Source: Antedon mediterranea
Lineage: Eukaryota; Animalia; Echinodermata
Assembly: GCF_964355755.1 (NCBI RefSeq)
Contig: NC_092677.1
Span: 17,320,101-17,384,100 of the forward strand
Direction: 5' to 3'
DNA: 64,000 nucleotides
Positions 49,757 to 63,900 of the stretch are shown piece by piece. The position numbers and the translations under genes were made by a program. The notes under the pieces were generated by a model that was not told the DNA's origin, did no database searches, and saw only the letters and a program-made list of their open reading frames with translations. How positions within the stretch are numbered: the stretch's first letter is position 1; the number at the start of each line of letters is the position of its first letter.

Positions 49757-51472
49757 ATTGCACACCATCCAAACAAACGGACCGGACCTTACTGATACTA
49801 GTTTACATTGCCAGTAGAGAACTGGCATCTATTGAGTCTTGATTGGTTTGTATGCATGCCCATTTTCACAGCAATCTGACTCGTTTGACAAGCCTAGTGA
49901 TAATGATGCGGTCAGTGATCTGGATGATTGTCGGTTCTTCAATCTCCTGGACAAATTTTGACATTTTTATTTTTTACTCTTTCAATTCATCGTCTTGAGG
50001 ACAAAGGTTAGGCAGGATTTACATAGAGTTTTTTTTTAAAGGATAACCAAATCAAAAAAGTATTAAAGTCTTGAATGGTGGGGATTTTTTAACTACAGTG
50101 CAGTATCCAAAAGATATGGTTTTAGTACAGTACATTCTTTCCAAGCATGATTGAACAGTAAACCACTAATTTGCAGTAGTTTTGAGATCAGTGGTTTTTC
50201 ACTGGTGTCAGTCAGTGTAAAGATTAAACAAATATAAATTATTGACTGTGAAAATATACAGAACATCTATACTGTTGCAAAACAATTTAAGAGCTTTTCT
50301 TTTACTTAACAGTGAATCTTATGAAACTTGTTTACATGTACAATCTAAAGTAGTTTGATTTGGTCATTATTAATGATAATATTATCACAGGCATTATTAC
50401 GCAAATTTTGACCTTAAAAAATTGCATTACAAAAATATTAACTGCTTTTGAGTATGTTTTAAGATCAAAGAGAAGTTTGTTAATGTTATAATATGTAATG
50501 CATTCAATCTGAAACACCATATTTAGAATGAAAAGAGTGTTTATCCAATCCTCTAAAGAGTTCTAACTAACTGTATATCAAGCATATTAAGCAACAAAAG
50601 AGCTGCAGACTTCTTTTAAAGGTTTATCAAGACTAGTAATATCAATTTCGTTTATACTGATTTGGTAGATTCGTACTCACTGTACCTTTTACCTTTTTTT
50701 TAATTATTAATTATTTGCAATTTGTTTTTTTCTGGTTTAAAAACCTTGTACAGTAGACGCATTTTCCATATGCTACATATAATAGGTTTCATTATCATAC
50801 TATTATCACTAAATAACTGAAAACGACTCGAGAAACAGTATTTTTAGTCGTGATTAGTGATTATACTGTATCATGTTTCTGTAGTTTGGTATAAAATGAC
50901 AGAATTATACCTACAGTAGCAATTATGCCTAGTAATTGATAATTAGTTTTAAAATGCAATATCGTTATTGGGAGATTTTCAATTTAAACCAAATATTACA
51001 GTAATATATAATAATTACAATATGCTATTTGACAAAATTAATAAATTGAATAAAAATAAATAAAATATATCAGTTGATAAAGCATAAAATATTTTCCATT
51101 TTTTTTAAAGCTTGAACACTTTTATTGTATGCAGGTTTCCTCCAGGCAATTTCTACAATTTTAAGATTATTGTTTTAGAAAGCAAATTTCAAGGTCATTT
51201 TATGAATATTATTTATTATTGTAAATAGTTTTAGGTTATCATTGTTTTGCATGTTTTGATAAAATAATACATTTTTCTGTTTTGTCATATTACATGGGAA
51301 TCTGATCATTCCATGCAGATCATGATTTTATGACATTGTTTTTTAATTACTGTATACATGAGACAGTGGGTATAAAATTTGGCCAAAATTGGACTGTGAG
51401 ATCATGGAGATAGCTCCATGGTAAGATTAATACTCAGATTGTATTTTGTAATCTACCAATGACACACTGTAT

Positions 51473-53294
51473 CAGTGTTCTCCCCAGGATTCATATCAAG
51501 CGTCACGCTTCGGCATTCCGACACTAAGTACTTGAGCCACAGCCCCACCATGGTTGGGCGATTTTTGGTAATTTACACCCTAGATGGCCGGAAATGGTAC
51601 TCTCTCTGGTTTGGCCGGAAATAACACTTATAGCGCGCTAGCAAACAACAAAACGATCGTAGCCAACTTTTTCCGCCGGTAAACATACGCGAAGAAACAT
51701 TTTTTGCGTTCATTACGAACGTCAGGGGGAAGCCCCAATGAAAAAAATAGGCCTAATCTATTAGCCTTCTCATCAGTAGGACAACTCTAGTTGGCCGAAA
51801 ACGAAACTTTATAGCGCACTAGCAAACAGTAAAACCATCGTAGCATACTTTTTCCGCCAGTAAACATACGCGATAAAAAAATGTTTTGCGTTCAATACGA
51901 ACGTCAAGGGGAATTCCCCGATGAAATAAAACTAGGCCTACTCATGAGTAGGACAACTCTGTAGTTGGCCGGAAAAACACATAGCGCGCTAGCAAACCGC
52001 ACGATCGTAGCCTGCTTTTTCCGCCGGTAAACATACGCGATAAGAAACATTTTTTGCGTTCATTACGAACGTCAAGGGGAATTCCCCGATGAAATAAAAA
52101 ATGCCTACTCATCAGTATAGTTGGCCGGAAAGGACACTTCATAGCGTGCTAGCAAACAGCCCGATTGAGCCTACTTTTCCGCAGGTAAACACTGTATGCG
52201 ATATATGAAAATAAAAATATGCCTACTCATCAGTAGGCACCTCATAGCGCGTTAGAAAACATTAAAACGATCGTAGCCTACTTTTTTTTTTCGCCGGCGG
52301 GTAAACATATGCGATAAAAAAACATTTTTTGCGTTCAAATACAAACATCGGGGGCAAGTCCCGATGAAATAAAACTAGGCCTACTCATTAGTAAGACACC
52401 TCTAGTTGCCCGGAATTAAGACTTCATAGCGTACTAGGAAATAGGAAAACATTCGAAAGAGAGACATGGCAGTAACAAAACTCGTGCTTACATCTCTCGG
52501 CCGGTGAAAGCACCATGTGACATACAGTATCGCAGTACTGATATCACAATACCATGTGACATCCCTTGTCACTCGACTTTCTCACGAAGTAGGGCCTAAA
52601 ACATTCTAGCACCGATGTACAAATGTACCTTAAGTTAAGTGAAATAAGACTTTAGCGCACTAGCAAATAGGAAAACGATCGTAGCCTTCTTGAATGTATT
52701 ATACGACCAAAGCAGCTAGCATTGAATTGCCCCTAGAAATTATTTGATGACGTGCGTATGTTACCGACGAAAGAGTAAATCCCACCGATAGAGTCGATTA
52801 ATTCAGTGTGATATTGAAAATAATAATATCATCGATATTTATTTTTAATACATATAACATTTTTACAAGAAAAACAATACAATCAATCATTTACTTTATT
52901 TACAATATACAAGTTACTACATTTTAGACAACAGCCAAATACTAGAGATCGAAAGAGAGACATGGCAGTAACAAAACACGTGTTTACATCTCTCTCGGCG
53001 GCGGCCGGTGAAAGCGAGTCTCCGTTGTTTAACACTTTGTTACGCAGCCTTTTGTTTTTCGTCTAGTGGTCATGTCACGTGTCTCGTATGCATTAGGCTC
53101 TTTATGCATGCCGCGCCTCAGCTCTAGAGAAAAAGTACCGTACCTGCCTGTTAATCTATTTTTAGATTGTTGTGGTTGATATTTTTAAGCGTCACGGATA
53201 AGGTTTTAAGCGTCACGGCCAACCATAAAGCGTCACGGTAGAGAACCCAAGCGTCACGGTACCGTGACGCTTCAAAGGCCTGGGGAGAACACTG
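51473..53294. mobile_element. CAG-ended non-autonomous DNA transposon with 5-bp TSD (hAT5-like)
   Basis: 16-bp TIR CAGTGTTCTCCCCAGG / CCTGGGGAGAACACTG; TGTAT at 51468-51472 and 53295-53299; subterminal AAGCGTCACG motifs; internal ~170-bp degenerate tandem repeats (51610-52450). Confidence 0.88.
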
Positions 53295-53528
53295 TGTATG
53301 TTCAAATGCAGCCTGTTATAGGAGTGGAGAGAAGGGGTGTTATTACTTGTGAGTTTGCATCAGTGGAATTCAAAATTTGTAGATTGGTATAGTAGACAAG
53401 TTTTAGTGTATAATTTGTATTGTTTTTCGATGTATGCGTTAGTTTTGTTCTCTTGTTAAATTCTGCTGCTTACTTTTTTTCTTTAATGTCTTTTACTCGT
53501 GTTTTTAACACAGTACTAGAGCAACTTA

Positions 53529-54606
53529 GGCCCTGTTCAGACCCATGGCGTTAGACCGTTTTAGCGTACGACGCTAAAAGAATGTGTGTCTGAACAGTTG
53601 GGGATTAGCGTACAACGCGTCGTACAACGGTTGTAGCGTTGTAGTGGAAAACGGTTGATAGTACCGTTTTAGCGTACGACGCTACTGTAAGTCAACGTTG
53701 TATCCAATCAGAACGTTTCCTGTTATGACGCGATACAAGGTTTGACCTAGGCTGACATCTTGTATCGTCAATGTGTGAGATGGATTTCAATAACAAAAAG
53801 GCCAGAATAAATAAGGCCTAACTACACTACAAATACAACTGTTACAAAGGCTACAAACTACTATCAACTGATTACCATTATATTTTCTAACAAATGACAT
53901 AAATACATGCACCTTGTATTTAAACATAGGGACTACGATCCCATCCGCTTTTAGGCCTAGCTAGGCCTAGAGTCATTCACGGATTTCATTCAAGCTAAAA
54001 ACTAGCGTGGGACATCAAGTCACTCATTCATATACAAGGCAGACTAGACTGGACAAGTTTAATGCTGAAAACCCCCTAACTCCTAAAAAAATCAGTAAAC
54101 AAACAAGGGGAGCTGTGTCCCTTTTATTTAGCAAGTTAAGGGTTATTTAAAACCTACTGGAACAAAGAATATATATCTTTGACTGGACTGGATAGACTAA
54201 TCACAATCAATTTCTTCATCATTAGGAGGCCTGCTTTATTTTCGTAACACAAGAACCTGGGGAAAATGTTTTTTAATACAAAATAAAAACAATAGAAACA
54301 GAAATTTGGCTTTACTATATTTTTCTTAAATAAATGCTGAGGTATGTTGTTTTATTTACGGCAAATTTTGTCATAATTGTAGGGCTGAGATCTAGGCCTA
54401 TACACAGTGGAAATAATGATGAAAACACTTGGGTAAGAGCACATGAATATGCAACTAGAAACAACCTGAATGACGTACTTCCGTTGTAACGATAATCGTA
54501 CGCTATGGGTCTGAACACCTCGTTTTTTTCTCTGCGGTTTGTAACGTGACCTTGCTAGTAACGTTGTACGCTAAAACGGTCTAACGCCATGGGTCTGAAC
54601 AGGGCC
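53529..54606. mobile_element. PIF/Harbinger non-autonomous element
   Basis: TTA|GGCCCTGTTCAGACCCATGGCGTTAGACCGTTTTAGCGTAC ... exact reverse complement|TTA. Confidence 0.9.
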
Positions 54607-56038
54607 TTAAAAAAAAAATCTGTCACGTTATAGAATTATTATTAATGCAAATTTAATGTATGAATAAATATGTGTGAAATGGGAATTACTAATTCTCTTT
54701 ACTAATTAACATTTAATGCTGCTGGTGGTATTGGTAATGACATTGTACAAGTATTAATTTCTTTGCGTAATCACTTTTTACACAAGAAAAAAAATGCTAT
54801 TGAGAATGATCAGTTGACAGGTTTACTTTTACAATATGTTTTACACCGGAACATGTTGCTGGCATCAGAGAAATTCTTGAATCTAGTCAGCCGTTCATGA
54901 AAATTGGACGGCACCACCAGAAAACAAATTGAATCGCTACAAAATCCCAAAGGACCAGTGTGCAAATTTGCCGGGTCAACTCCCACCTCCGAAGCCCCGC
55001 TAAATTCACACTGACAGCCATTAAGAACTTGTTCTGATTAACTATACAGTATACTACAGTAGAACACAGCAAAAATACAGCAGTCATGTACTGTCCACTT
55101 CTATGCAGAAGCCTATGTACAGTAACTCATGTCGGACAAATTTGTGTCCGTAGTTAGACCCCGCAATCCTTTTTTTGCCTCTATTTTTTGTTGGTGGGTG
55201 GTAAAGAAACCCCCTTTGAAATCAAATCACCTACACAGTAATATAAACATACACTTAAACACTTCATAGACAACATTTCAATCAAGATTTCCCTTCCTTC
55301 CGACGAAGCCCAGCATCTTTAAAAAAAATTGTCTACTCTGAATCTCATCATCATTCTTAGAACCGTGTTTCCGATCATCGTTGCGCTCAATTTGATCTTG
55401 ATTCACTGTTACCTGACAAAAATTACAGAATTGCGTCGTTGCTATCATTTCAGTCTGAAGTTGAGCTATGTGATTAGTAGTGTTTGTTTCGTTTGGAATT
55501 CATTTCCTTTCCTCGTGTTCTCCTGGGAAACTCTAAATGTCAAGCATAGCATACTGTATGGTGTTTGCATGCCTCTTCTCTACAGTACTAGAGCCTAGGT
55601 AAATTCTACTGTTTACCGATATAATGGTAACTGTACCTATTCCCTGAGAGACAGACAGTTTGCCAATTTGTTGCTAAATGTAGTCAACAGCAAATAACAA
55701 TGCACTTTGACCTGAATATTAAAGAATGTTGGTAAAAATAAGGTTGAAAATGTTATTGTAATGTAAATTGTTGAAATTACTGTAGATGAAAGAAAATAAT
55801 TATAAGATAGAATGAAGTACTGTGATTAAAGAAACAAACAGGGCTCTGTCATCCTTAAGATTATTTTTAACTGGCCCCCTCTGAGTTAGTAAACTTATTT
55901 TTTTCAGGCCTGAATTTTACTGACCATAATAAATTGAACACAAGACATTTTCTTTCAAATTGACTGGCCAAAATGGACAGTTGCTAGAAAGTTGTGCAGT
56001 AAACCTAAATCGAATTCTGTTGTTTTGGTTTCTGGTTA

Positions 56039-56412
56039 AGCTTATTTTCCACTAGGCGAATTTGTTCGCGCGAATTGAAAGCGTCATGCTCTGCGCATGC
56101 GTATTCGAGTTTCTGTCTGTCATACTTCCTTCTGCGACGAATTCTAGTTCCTTGATTTTTTGCTGCAGCGAAATTTACTAGTTGGAATTGTTTCTACTTT
56201 TTGCGAAGCGAAATATTGCGCAACCAATCACAGCTCAGGAAATGAGCTATGACGCTTTCATGAGCAGTCATGCGAATCGAAATGCTCAGCAACCACGCTA
56301 GGAACATGAACGTCGCAGCTATTCGCCCATGTAGTGGAAAGAGAGTAGGCGATTTTTTTCTCTTCGAAACGTTTGATTCGCGCGAACAAATTCGCCTAGT
56401 GGAAAATCGGCT
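56039..56412. mobile_element. Harbinger-like MITE
   Basis: ATTTTCCACTAGGCGAATTTGTTCGCGCGAAT / ATTCGCGCGAACAAATTCGCCTAGTGGAAAAT; left flank TTA, right flank TTT. Confidence 0.8.
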
Positions 56413-58446
56413 TTTAAAGCTCAGGTACAGGCATGAATTTTAAATATAATATCTGGTTAATTGTACATAAATCAAATATTTGTAACAGAAATCAAGATGA
56501 AAAACCATGAATTTTCCCTAATATGGTCAAATACAAAATTTGGCAAAACCAGGAAGACTTTTTTTTCAGTAGTTAGGTAGTTAACATAATGTAATAACAT
56601 GTTTGGTGACTCCCTAGAAGGTGAAAAAAGATGGTGGATATACGGTGGATAATTTTTGCTATAGCATGTAAATAAAATTCTGAAGTTGAATACAAATAAC
56701 AGAAATGTAAAATTCAAGTTATATTACCTATATTTAGTCATCTGATAACATTTTTTACCACACCGTTTATTTTTCATAGCTTTTTAAAATGCCTCTCTAT
56801 TTTCAAAATTTGTGTAAAAAAGAATAGAGATTTTACTGTGTAATTTGAACTATCCCCCCACTGATATGAAAGTGCTAATTTTCAAAAAGCTCCTGCAACA
56901 CAAATAAAATCCCAAAAATTATGAAACATAGGGGAAATTATAGATCGATAATTATTGGAATGTATGGTCAATAGAAATTTTTTGCCCGCACCTGGCCTTT
57001 AAGCCAGCAAAACTTTCCTCAGTATTTATAATGTAAATGGAGTATTACTGTACTATAGTAGAAGTTTGTGTCCCAAAAAGGGAAAACTGTAGGAAATGTT
57101 CAGAATATCTTCGTAATGACGGAAAATGTTGAAATCATGTTCAGATACTGTTATACTGTCGTAAAATATTGTTGAAATAAATAATAAAGAAATCTTTTGC
57201 ACTTCTGTATTCAGAACAAATTGTGATTGAAAACAAGGATTCTACTATTTGTATTTATTCTTATTTTCGGACAGTTTATTTATAATCTAGAATTTCATCA
57301 TGATCCATTAACATCAGAAGTAAAGCATGTACTTTATTGACATTTTGGCGTGGACCTGCAGGCCTTTAAATTAATTCAGGTATCACTTTGAGTCATAATA
57401 TCCGTTTATGCTGTCACATATTGGCTTTTACCTACTGGTATCAATACTCCCAGGTTTGACGAGCAATTCACCTTTAGAAATTATAAATAGTTTGAACGCT
57501 ATCTATTGATCGCCTATCATAACATCTATGCGTGTAATTAAGTCCCGGGGTGACAGCCTGAAACCAGACTGAAGCCGTATTCAATTTGGTTTAATACCTT
57601 TGTTTATGATTTTAAAATATAAATGAAAATGAAAAACAATAATATTGTGATAATATTTAATTACGATTTAATCATATTGATTCTAAAAATAAAATACCAT
57701 CTGATGGTATTTTATTTTTAAAATTAGTTTTAAAGTAAATAAACTAAAATCATTACATTTTTATTTTTCAATTACAGCTCAAAGTGTAAGTATGAACTGA
57801 TTTTTTTTTCAAATGTAATTATTTTTTTCCTGAATTTTCAATTACTTTTTCTTTATTCTTATTTTGGTTTGAAAATAATATAATAATAGGGATTTATCCT
57901 AAAATGCAAAGTAAGAATCTTTTCACTGTCACTAGCTTTTACAAAAAGCGGTCCCTTGATTACCTACTTACTTATCTGTACTATCGTATGTTTATTTTAG
58001 ATACTAGGTTCAGATTGTAAGTTTATTCATCGATAATTTTAAGGCCAATCGAGAATTAAATATTGGTTCAACGTCACTATCGGACAACCAAACCAGTAAA
58101 GATAATAGCATGGTTTAATTGAATATTGCATTTCGTTTCTGCAAAATACTTTGATTTACAAAAGGTATTTAGATCGTTATATATTTAACATAAAACATTG
58201 CAATTCCCTCAGGTTTGAACTTAGCAAATACTGTACAGAGTTTTTATTTCAATTTAATTTAACAGATTTAAAAGAAATTAATAAATACTAGTGGAAATTT
58301 TGAATTACTGTACAATTAGGAGGTCGTAGGTTTAATTCACAAAAGGCATGCCATACTTTTGTTATGTTTTGAAATCAACCTGATATACATACATGATCCA
58401 AATTATGTTATTTAAAGTCAACTATAAAATTATATTATCGCCACGA

Positions 58447-58863
58447 ACGCTGGACATAGCGTCCTTAACAAAAGGACCAAAGTGTGCAACACTTTACGCT
58501 GGACATAGCGTCCTTAACAAGACCTAAGTGTGCAACACTTTACGCTGGACATAGCGTCCTTAACAAGACCTAAGTGTGCAACACTTTACGCTGGACATAG
58601 CGTCCTTAACAAGACCTAAGTGTGCAACACTTTACGCTGGACATAGCGTCCTTAACAAGACCAAAGTGTGCAACACTTTACGCTGGACATAGCGTCCTTA
58701 ACAAGACCTAAGTGTGCAACACTTTACGCTGGACATAGCGTCCTTAACAAGACCAAAGTGTGCAACACTTTACGCTGGACATAGCGTCCTTAACAAGACC
58801 TAAGTGTGCAACACTTTACGCTGGACATAGCGTCCTTAACAAGACCAAAGTGTGCAACACTTT
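58447..58863. repeat. 46-bp tandem repeat, 9 copies
   Basis: ACGCTGGACATAGCGTCCTTAACAAGACC(T/A)AAGTGTGCAACACTTT. Confidence 0.96.
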
Positions 58864-58879
58864 ATTTTTTTTCATATAA

Positions 58880-59005
58880 TATCATTCTCTATTTTTATCC
58901 TATCATTCTCTATTTTTATCCTATCATTCTTTACTTTTATCCTATCATTCTCTATTTTTATCCTATCATTCTCTATTTTTATCCTATCATTCTCTATTTT
59001 TATCC
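58880..59005. repeat. 21-bp tandem repeat, 6 copies
   Basis: TATCATTCTCTATTTTTATCC. Confidence 0.93.
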
Positions 59006-59541
59006 ATGTTATTTTTGGTGGTCCTCTTGGTCTCTTGATTTTTTTCTTACTTGGATATCTGAGTCTAGACGAAGAAGGTGACCACACTGCTCCACCTTCC
59101 CTCGTTTGTGCTGGTATATAAATTAATAATAGATTAAATTTGAATTCATTTGATTTCTGCTTCTCTAAAAAGAACACTCCGAAATAATGTACTGCCCTAC
59201 TGTACAAAAAGTGTAAACTTTAATTTGCCAGAATGCCAGAAAGAAATGTCAAATGTAATTTGTTGCTCTCGATTTAAATTGCAATTCGTTTGCGAGATTG
59301 CAGTTAATGAGCATATCATATTTGATTTTAAATAGATATTACATAGCATGATATTTGCAATGAGAATATCAGAAATGTTATACAGATTATATTATAATGC
59401 TACTATAGTCACGGCCATGATAAAATTCCTACTCATATTGTGTGTATATGTACTATAATGCTGTTTTGAAAAATTTATCCTTTCATTTTCTACTTTTAAA
59501 AGTACCATTGAACTTTATATCATATGAATATATAATTCACA

Positions 59542-59606
59542 GGACACACCTATTCATCGGACACACCTATTCATAGGATACACATATTCATAGGATACCC
59601 CTATTG
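59542..59606. repeat. 17-bp tandem repeat, about 4 copies
   Basis: GGACACACCTATTCAT(C/A). Confidence 0.75.
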
Positions 59607-60506
59607 AAGTCTGTCACACTTTCCTGTGGAATGAACGACAGACAACATATATTGTACAGAGGTCAAGTTCAATATTGAATATCGAAATGTGGCAGGCTAT
59701 AGGCGCTTGACCTTTGACAACATCGCCTAAAATTTATAAATTAAACTTACGATACTTATTATTGTATATTCAGGAATAGCCGCTCCATAATCTCTTTGCT
59801 TTTCTTCTTTATATCTATATTTTATTTTTTAATTTATACTAACAAATATATTTTTATTAATATTATAATCATAACAATAAATATTTTAAAAATATATACC
59901 ATATAAAATATTATTTATCGCATAACATACAGTCTAGGATAATTATTTGATATACAAAATCATTACACCCAACTACTATCTTCATCTCCTATATGCGGAA
60001 CATCATTTGGATAATGGAACAAATCACACATCTACACATAATCAAACATCGTATGCTCTATCTCTAACAATATTTCAATCTTCTATCGACTAAAGCTGAA
60101 GTATAGTCGTTATCTCGGGACCGTTCTATGGTCACCACCAGGTAGGCTTGCTTCATCAAGGCTTCTATGAATGGATGTACTGGTTGGGAGCAGAAAAGCT
60201 AGTAGACCATACCCAGTACCGTTTTGATTACGATCAATCGGGAAATTACCTCACGATGTACAGAAGCCAACCCCTATTCAAAAGTATCCCCTTATTATGG
60301 GTTTTTGTACTATGTAGTGATATAAATGATTAATAATATTACCGTATATCCTCCGGTATAATCCCACCCTCTACTTTATGTCTGATTTCACAAACAGGCA
60401 GGTCCCTGGGTATAGTCCCAGTGTTGACTTTTGGTCTGGATTTCAGGTCAATCTACACATTGTATGACTCACACTTACCGTTTCGTGTAAGCTTTTCAAC
60501 TGTATA

Positions 60507-60997
60507 TAGTGGGGAACCTAATGTTCCAAAAATCAGTTCCGTGAGATTTTAATGCTCAAGTTGAGTTCTTGGCAGTTTTAGAATCCTTGGGACCAGCAGA
60601 ATTCATTGCAACTGGGGGCCAATTTTTTCAGACCCTATTTTGGCCGCCATCTTGACTATAAAATGCATACATTATATACGTTTTTAATGGCGGCCATCTT
60701 GGAATTCAATATGGCTGCCATATGCTATTATTATAAATTGTACCATTGGACTGATTTATCATAATATTGTAAGATTTATCACACAAATTACGTTCGTCCG
60801 TGGTTTAAAATAGGAGCTACTGTCAGTTTTGAGTAAAAAATGGGGGCCATTTTGAAATCCAAGATGGCGGCCAAAATGGGGTCGGGAAAAATTGGCCCCC
60901 AATTGAAATGAATTCTGCTGGTCCTAAGGATTCCAAAACTGCCAAGAACTCAACTTGAGCATTAAAATCTCACGGAATTACATTAGGTTCCCCACTA
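60507..60997. mobile_element. Academ-like MITE with long TIRs
   Basis: ATA|TAGTGGGGAACCTAATGT ... ACATTAGGTTCCCCACTA|ATA; TAG termini, 3-bp TSD, imperfect TIRs of ~150 bp. Confidence 0.82.
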
Positions 60998-63900
60998 ATA
61001 CCAAAACATTTTTAGCAGAATTTATTTTATCAGATTTTGAAAAGTCAATCAAACATGATTAAAATATCAATGATTAATTTTGCTCTTGAATTGGTGGTGA
61101 ACGTGTACAAGAATTATTTACTACATACATTACTAATAGTAGTAATCCCATAGTATTAGTATTAATCCCATAGTAGTAATCCCATAGTACATAGTAATGC
61201 GATCATTAACAGTTGTGTGTTTTTTATCATTTTAAATTCATATTGAAGATTGAAACACAGTGTGAAAATGACAATGTTCAACTCGTGCCAGTTAGTTTTC
61301 AAGTTAATGCACTCTGATAGGAATAAATCTTGGTTCCTGCCGGCATTATCCATGGGTGTTGAGAATCTCTTTTCCGGTTTTATTCTATTCCAAATTCTTG
61401 GGAAATATTAGTTATATCATAAAGTTTGTACCTCACCAGACTTGGTTATCCTTGAATACTCAACTTGGGAGGCAAGACAAGAGAGCTTGTACAGTACTAG
61501 TAGAGAGGAGTGAGATCAGGAATAGAGTTGTCAATGATGGCCAATGACTTTAGTAATGCACTTTATCAATGGCTTTTCTTGCAATATCTTGGCATTGCAT
61601 GCATTGATAGCAAGAAGTTAATTATATAAATTATGTTATTAATATTGTATAAAAAAAGCATTGTTGGAATATTTCCCATAAATATATTAGGTAGTCCAGT
61701 GAATAGAAATACTGTAATATTACTGTACAGGTATACAACCCTTTTTTGCATTAAAATTGTTAATTATTGTTAGTTTTCCATGAAGAGAATAGTAACAAAA
61801 GTATTAATTTTATCAAATTACTTGCAGAAGACTGATTTACTGCATAACTGCTTTATTAGTATTTTTTGTTTCCCTGTCTTTTGATTTTTCTTAAAAATTT
61901 GAACTTTGAAAATGTGCTTACTTTTCAGTTACAAGTATTTCTATACTTTATTAAAGATTAACTATTATAGAAAAATAAACACAATACATCACACATTTTC
62001 AGTAGCTGACACGTTCGGATCATTGGATACTGTTTGCCAATGTATTGTTGGGAAAACTGTGAAACTGTTTTGTGTCGGTTTAGTGTTCTTAGATGAATAA
62101 CTGTAATCATGAGTAATTTTATTACTTGTTCTTCTGAATTCTTGTAGATAAATGTATTTTGTAGCCTTTTGCTTTTAGTTTCCTTATTTACAGTATAACA
62201 ATATCTCCATTGTAGGGATAAGGCCAGGGGAAATACATGTGGTTCTCTTGATGTCAGTAAACTGCAGTGGCATTATAATGCAGGGGACAAAGACCCCTAG
62301 TTTAGCAATCCTAAGAGGCCCTCCAATTCTGATGCTGCTCATGCTCATAACACAATTACATGATGTACTTGGTAATGCATATTAAAACATAAATAATTCA
62401 TTAGGTTGTTAATGTTATGTACAGTATGCAAATTACTTTGCTCGCAGGAGTATATAAGTATAGTACAGTTAGTGTGATGCATATTAATATCTCATGGCCT
62501 GTTTCTGCCGCTTAAAGCCAAATAAGGTTTTTTAACGGATTTAAACATGAATTTATGTAGTTACATTGGCTGCATTTCTCACAAATTTGTGATCCCAAAA
62601 AATGTTTTAATCATTGCAAAATAATTGAAGTAAGGTTAATGACAGAGTTTTTTGGCTTTTAGCTATATATATTTATATATATTACATAATACAAAACACA
62701 CAAACGATTGTCTGTTTTATTGCCAATTGCCAATTAATCAGTTTTTGAAAATTTGCCTGTTTCTGCTGCCAAAATTGTAATTTATTCACATCGATTTATA
62801 TGCTCATTTTTTTGTTCAACAGCAGAAACAGATCCTAATAAAAGTTTATCTAAAGTACCGTATGACTAAAATTTGATTTACATAGTCGTTACCAGAGCAT
62901 TATTTCTTGTACCAATTTGTTCCACAACAGCTTCTATCCACTGCTATAGGGCACTAAACGTTTTGGTTGGTTTTCTTTCCTTCGATTTTTATTTTTATAC
63001 TATGTTTTATTTATATTATGTATTGTTTCTAATAGAACAAACAAACACAGTCTTTATCTATTTTGTGCCAGTTTACCTGGATAAACCAACATTTGTTCTT
63101 TTCTTTGGAGTGAGAGAACAATACCAAAGGAAGAATATTTTTTATTGCAAACATTACCCTTTTTAGTTGGAATATCCCACAAGCATATCACTGTCATCAT
63201 TTCTTTTTTTACTGATGAATGAATACATTTTTACATTAAACTACTAATAATACAGATTGTGGGTGGTAATAAAAAAAAAGAATTTCCAATTATTACAGTA
63301 TTTATATCAAAATATCACCCCACATGTTTATCTTAGTTTAAGACCAATGTGATGCAAGTTGTTTTGCAATCACCTGAAATATGGCAGTACAGTACTGTAC
63401 AATAGTATGACAGTAGCCTACAGCAAATTCATTGATACAAACAGGAATTTCAATGCTAGTGGCTTGACTAACAAATTATGGCATTCCACGAATTTCATGC
63501 TGTTATTCCTACCGTTCTCGGACCTAGGCTCACTCATTCATTGCTTTCATATCACTGCTAACGTTGAAAGCACAAGGCAATGTTAGAGTAAAATAAATAA
63601 TTTAAAAAATCATTAAGAGTTTTGCCCGCTGGAAGGCAAAATATTTCTGTGTCGGTCCAAAATGTTGTTATACTGTTCAGTTCTCAAGCCTCTAGAAAAT
63701 CTTATTTTTATATTAATAATTATTTGTGACTGATCTAAGAAAATTAGTATAATTTGCATGCAAGAATTTAGTTGATGTTAATTGTTATAAATAGAAATCG
63801 TAAAATATTTATATTTAAAACTATCAAACTATCAAGAAATAAGTAATTTTTATTTGAAAAAACCCTAAATATGTAAATTGTAATCATAATCATCCTAAAG

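Noticed and set aside
55329-55600. Possible alternative syntrophin first exon ending AG|GTAAAT
   Set aside because: Available reading frames either stop or give a phase incompatible with the phase-1 intron after exon 1.
58447-58863. CRISPR-like array (46-bp hairpin repeats)
   Set aside because: No spacers; simple tandem repeat.
58806-59207. Repetitive ORFs (IILYFYP)n and (IKIENDR)n
   Set aside because: Translations of the 21-bp tandem repeat.
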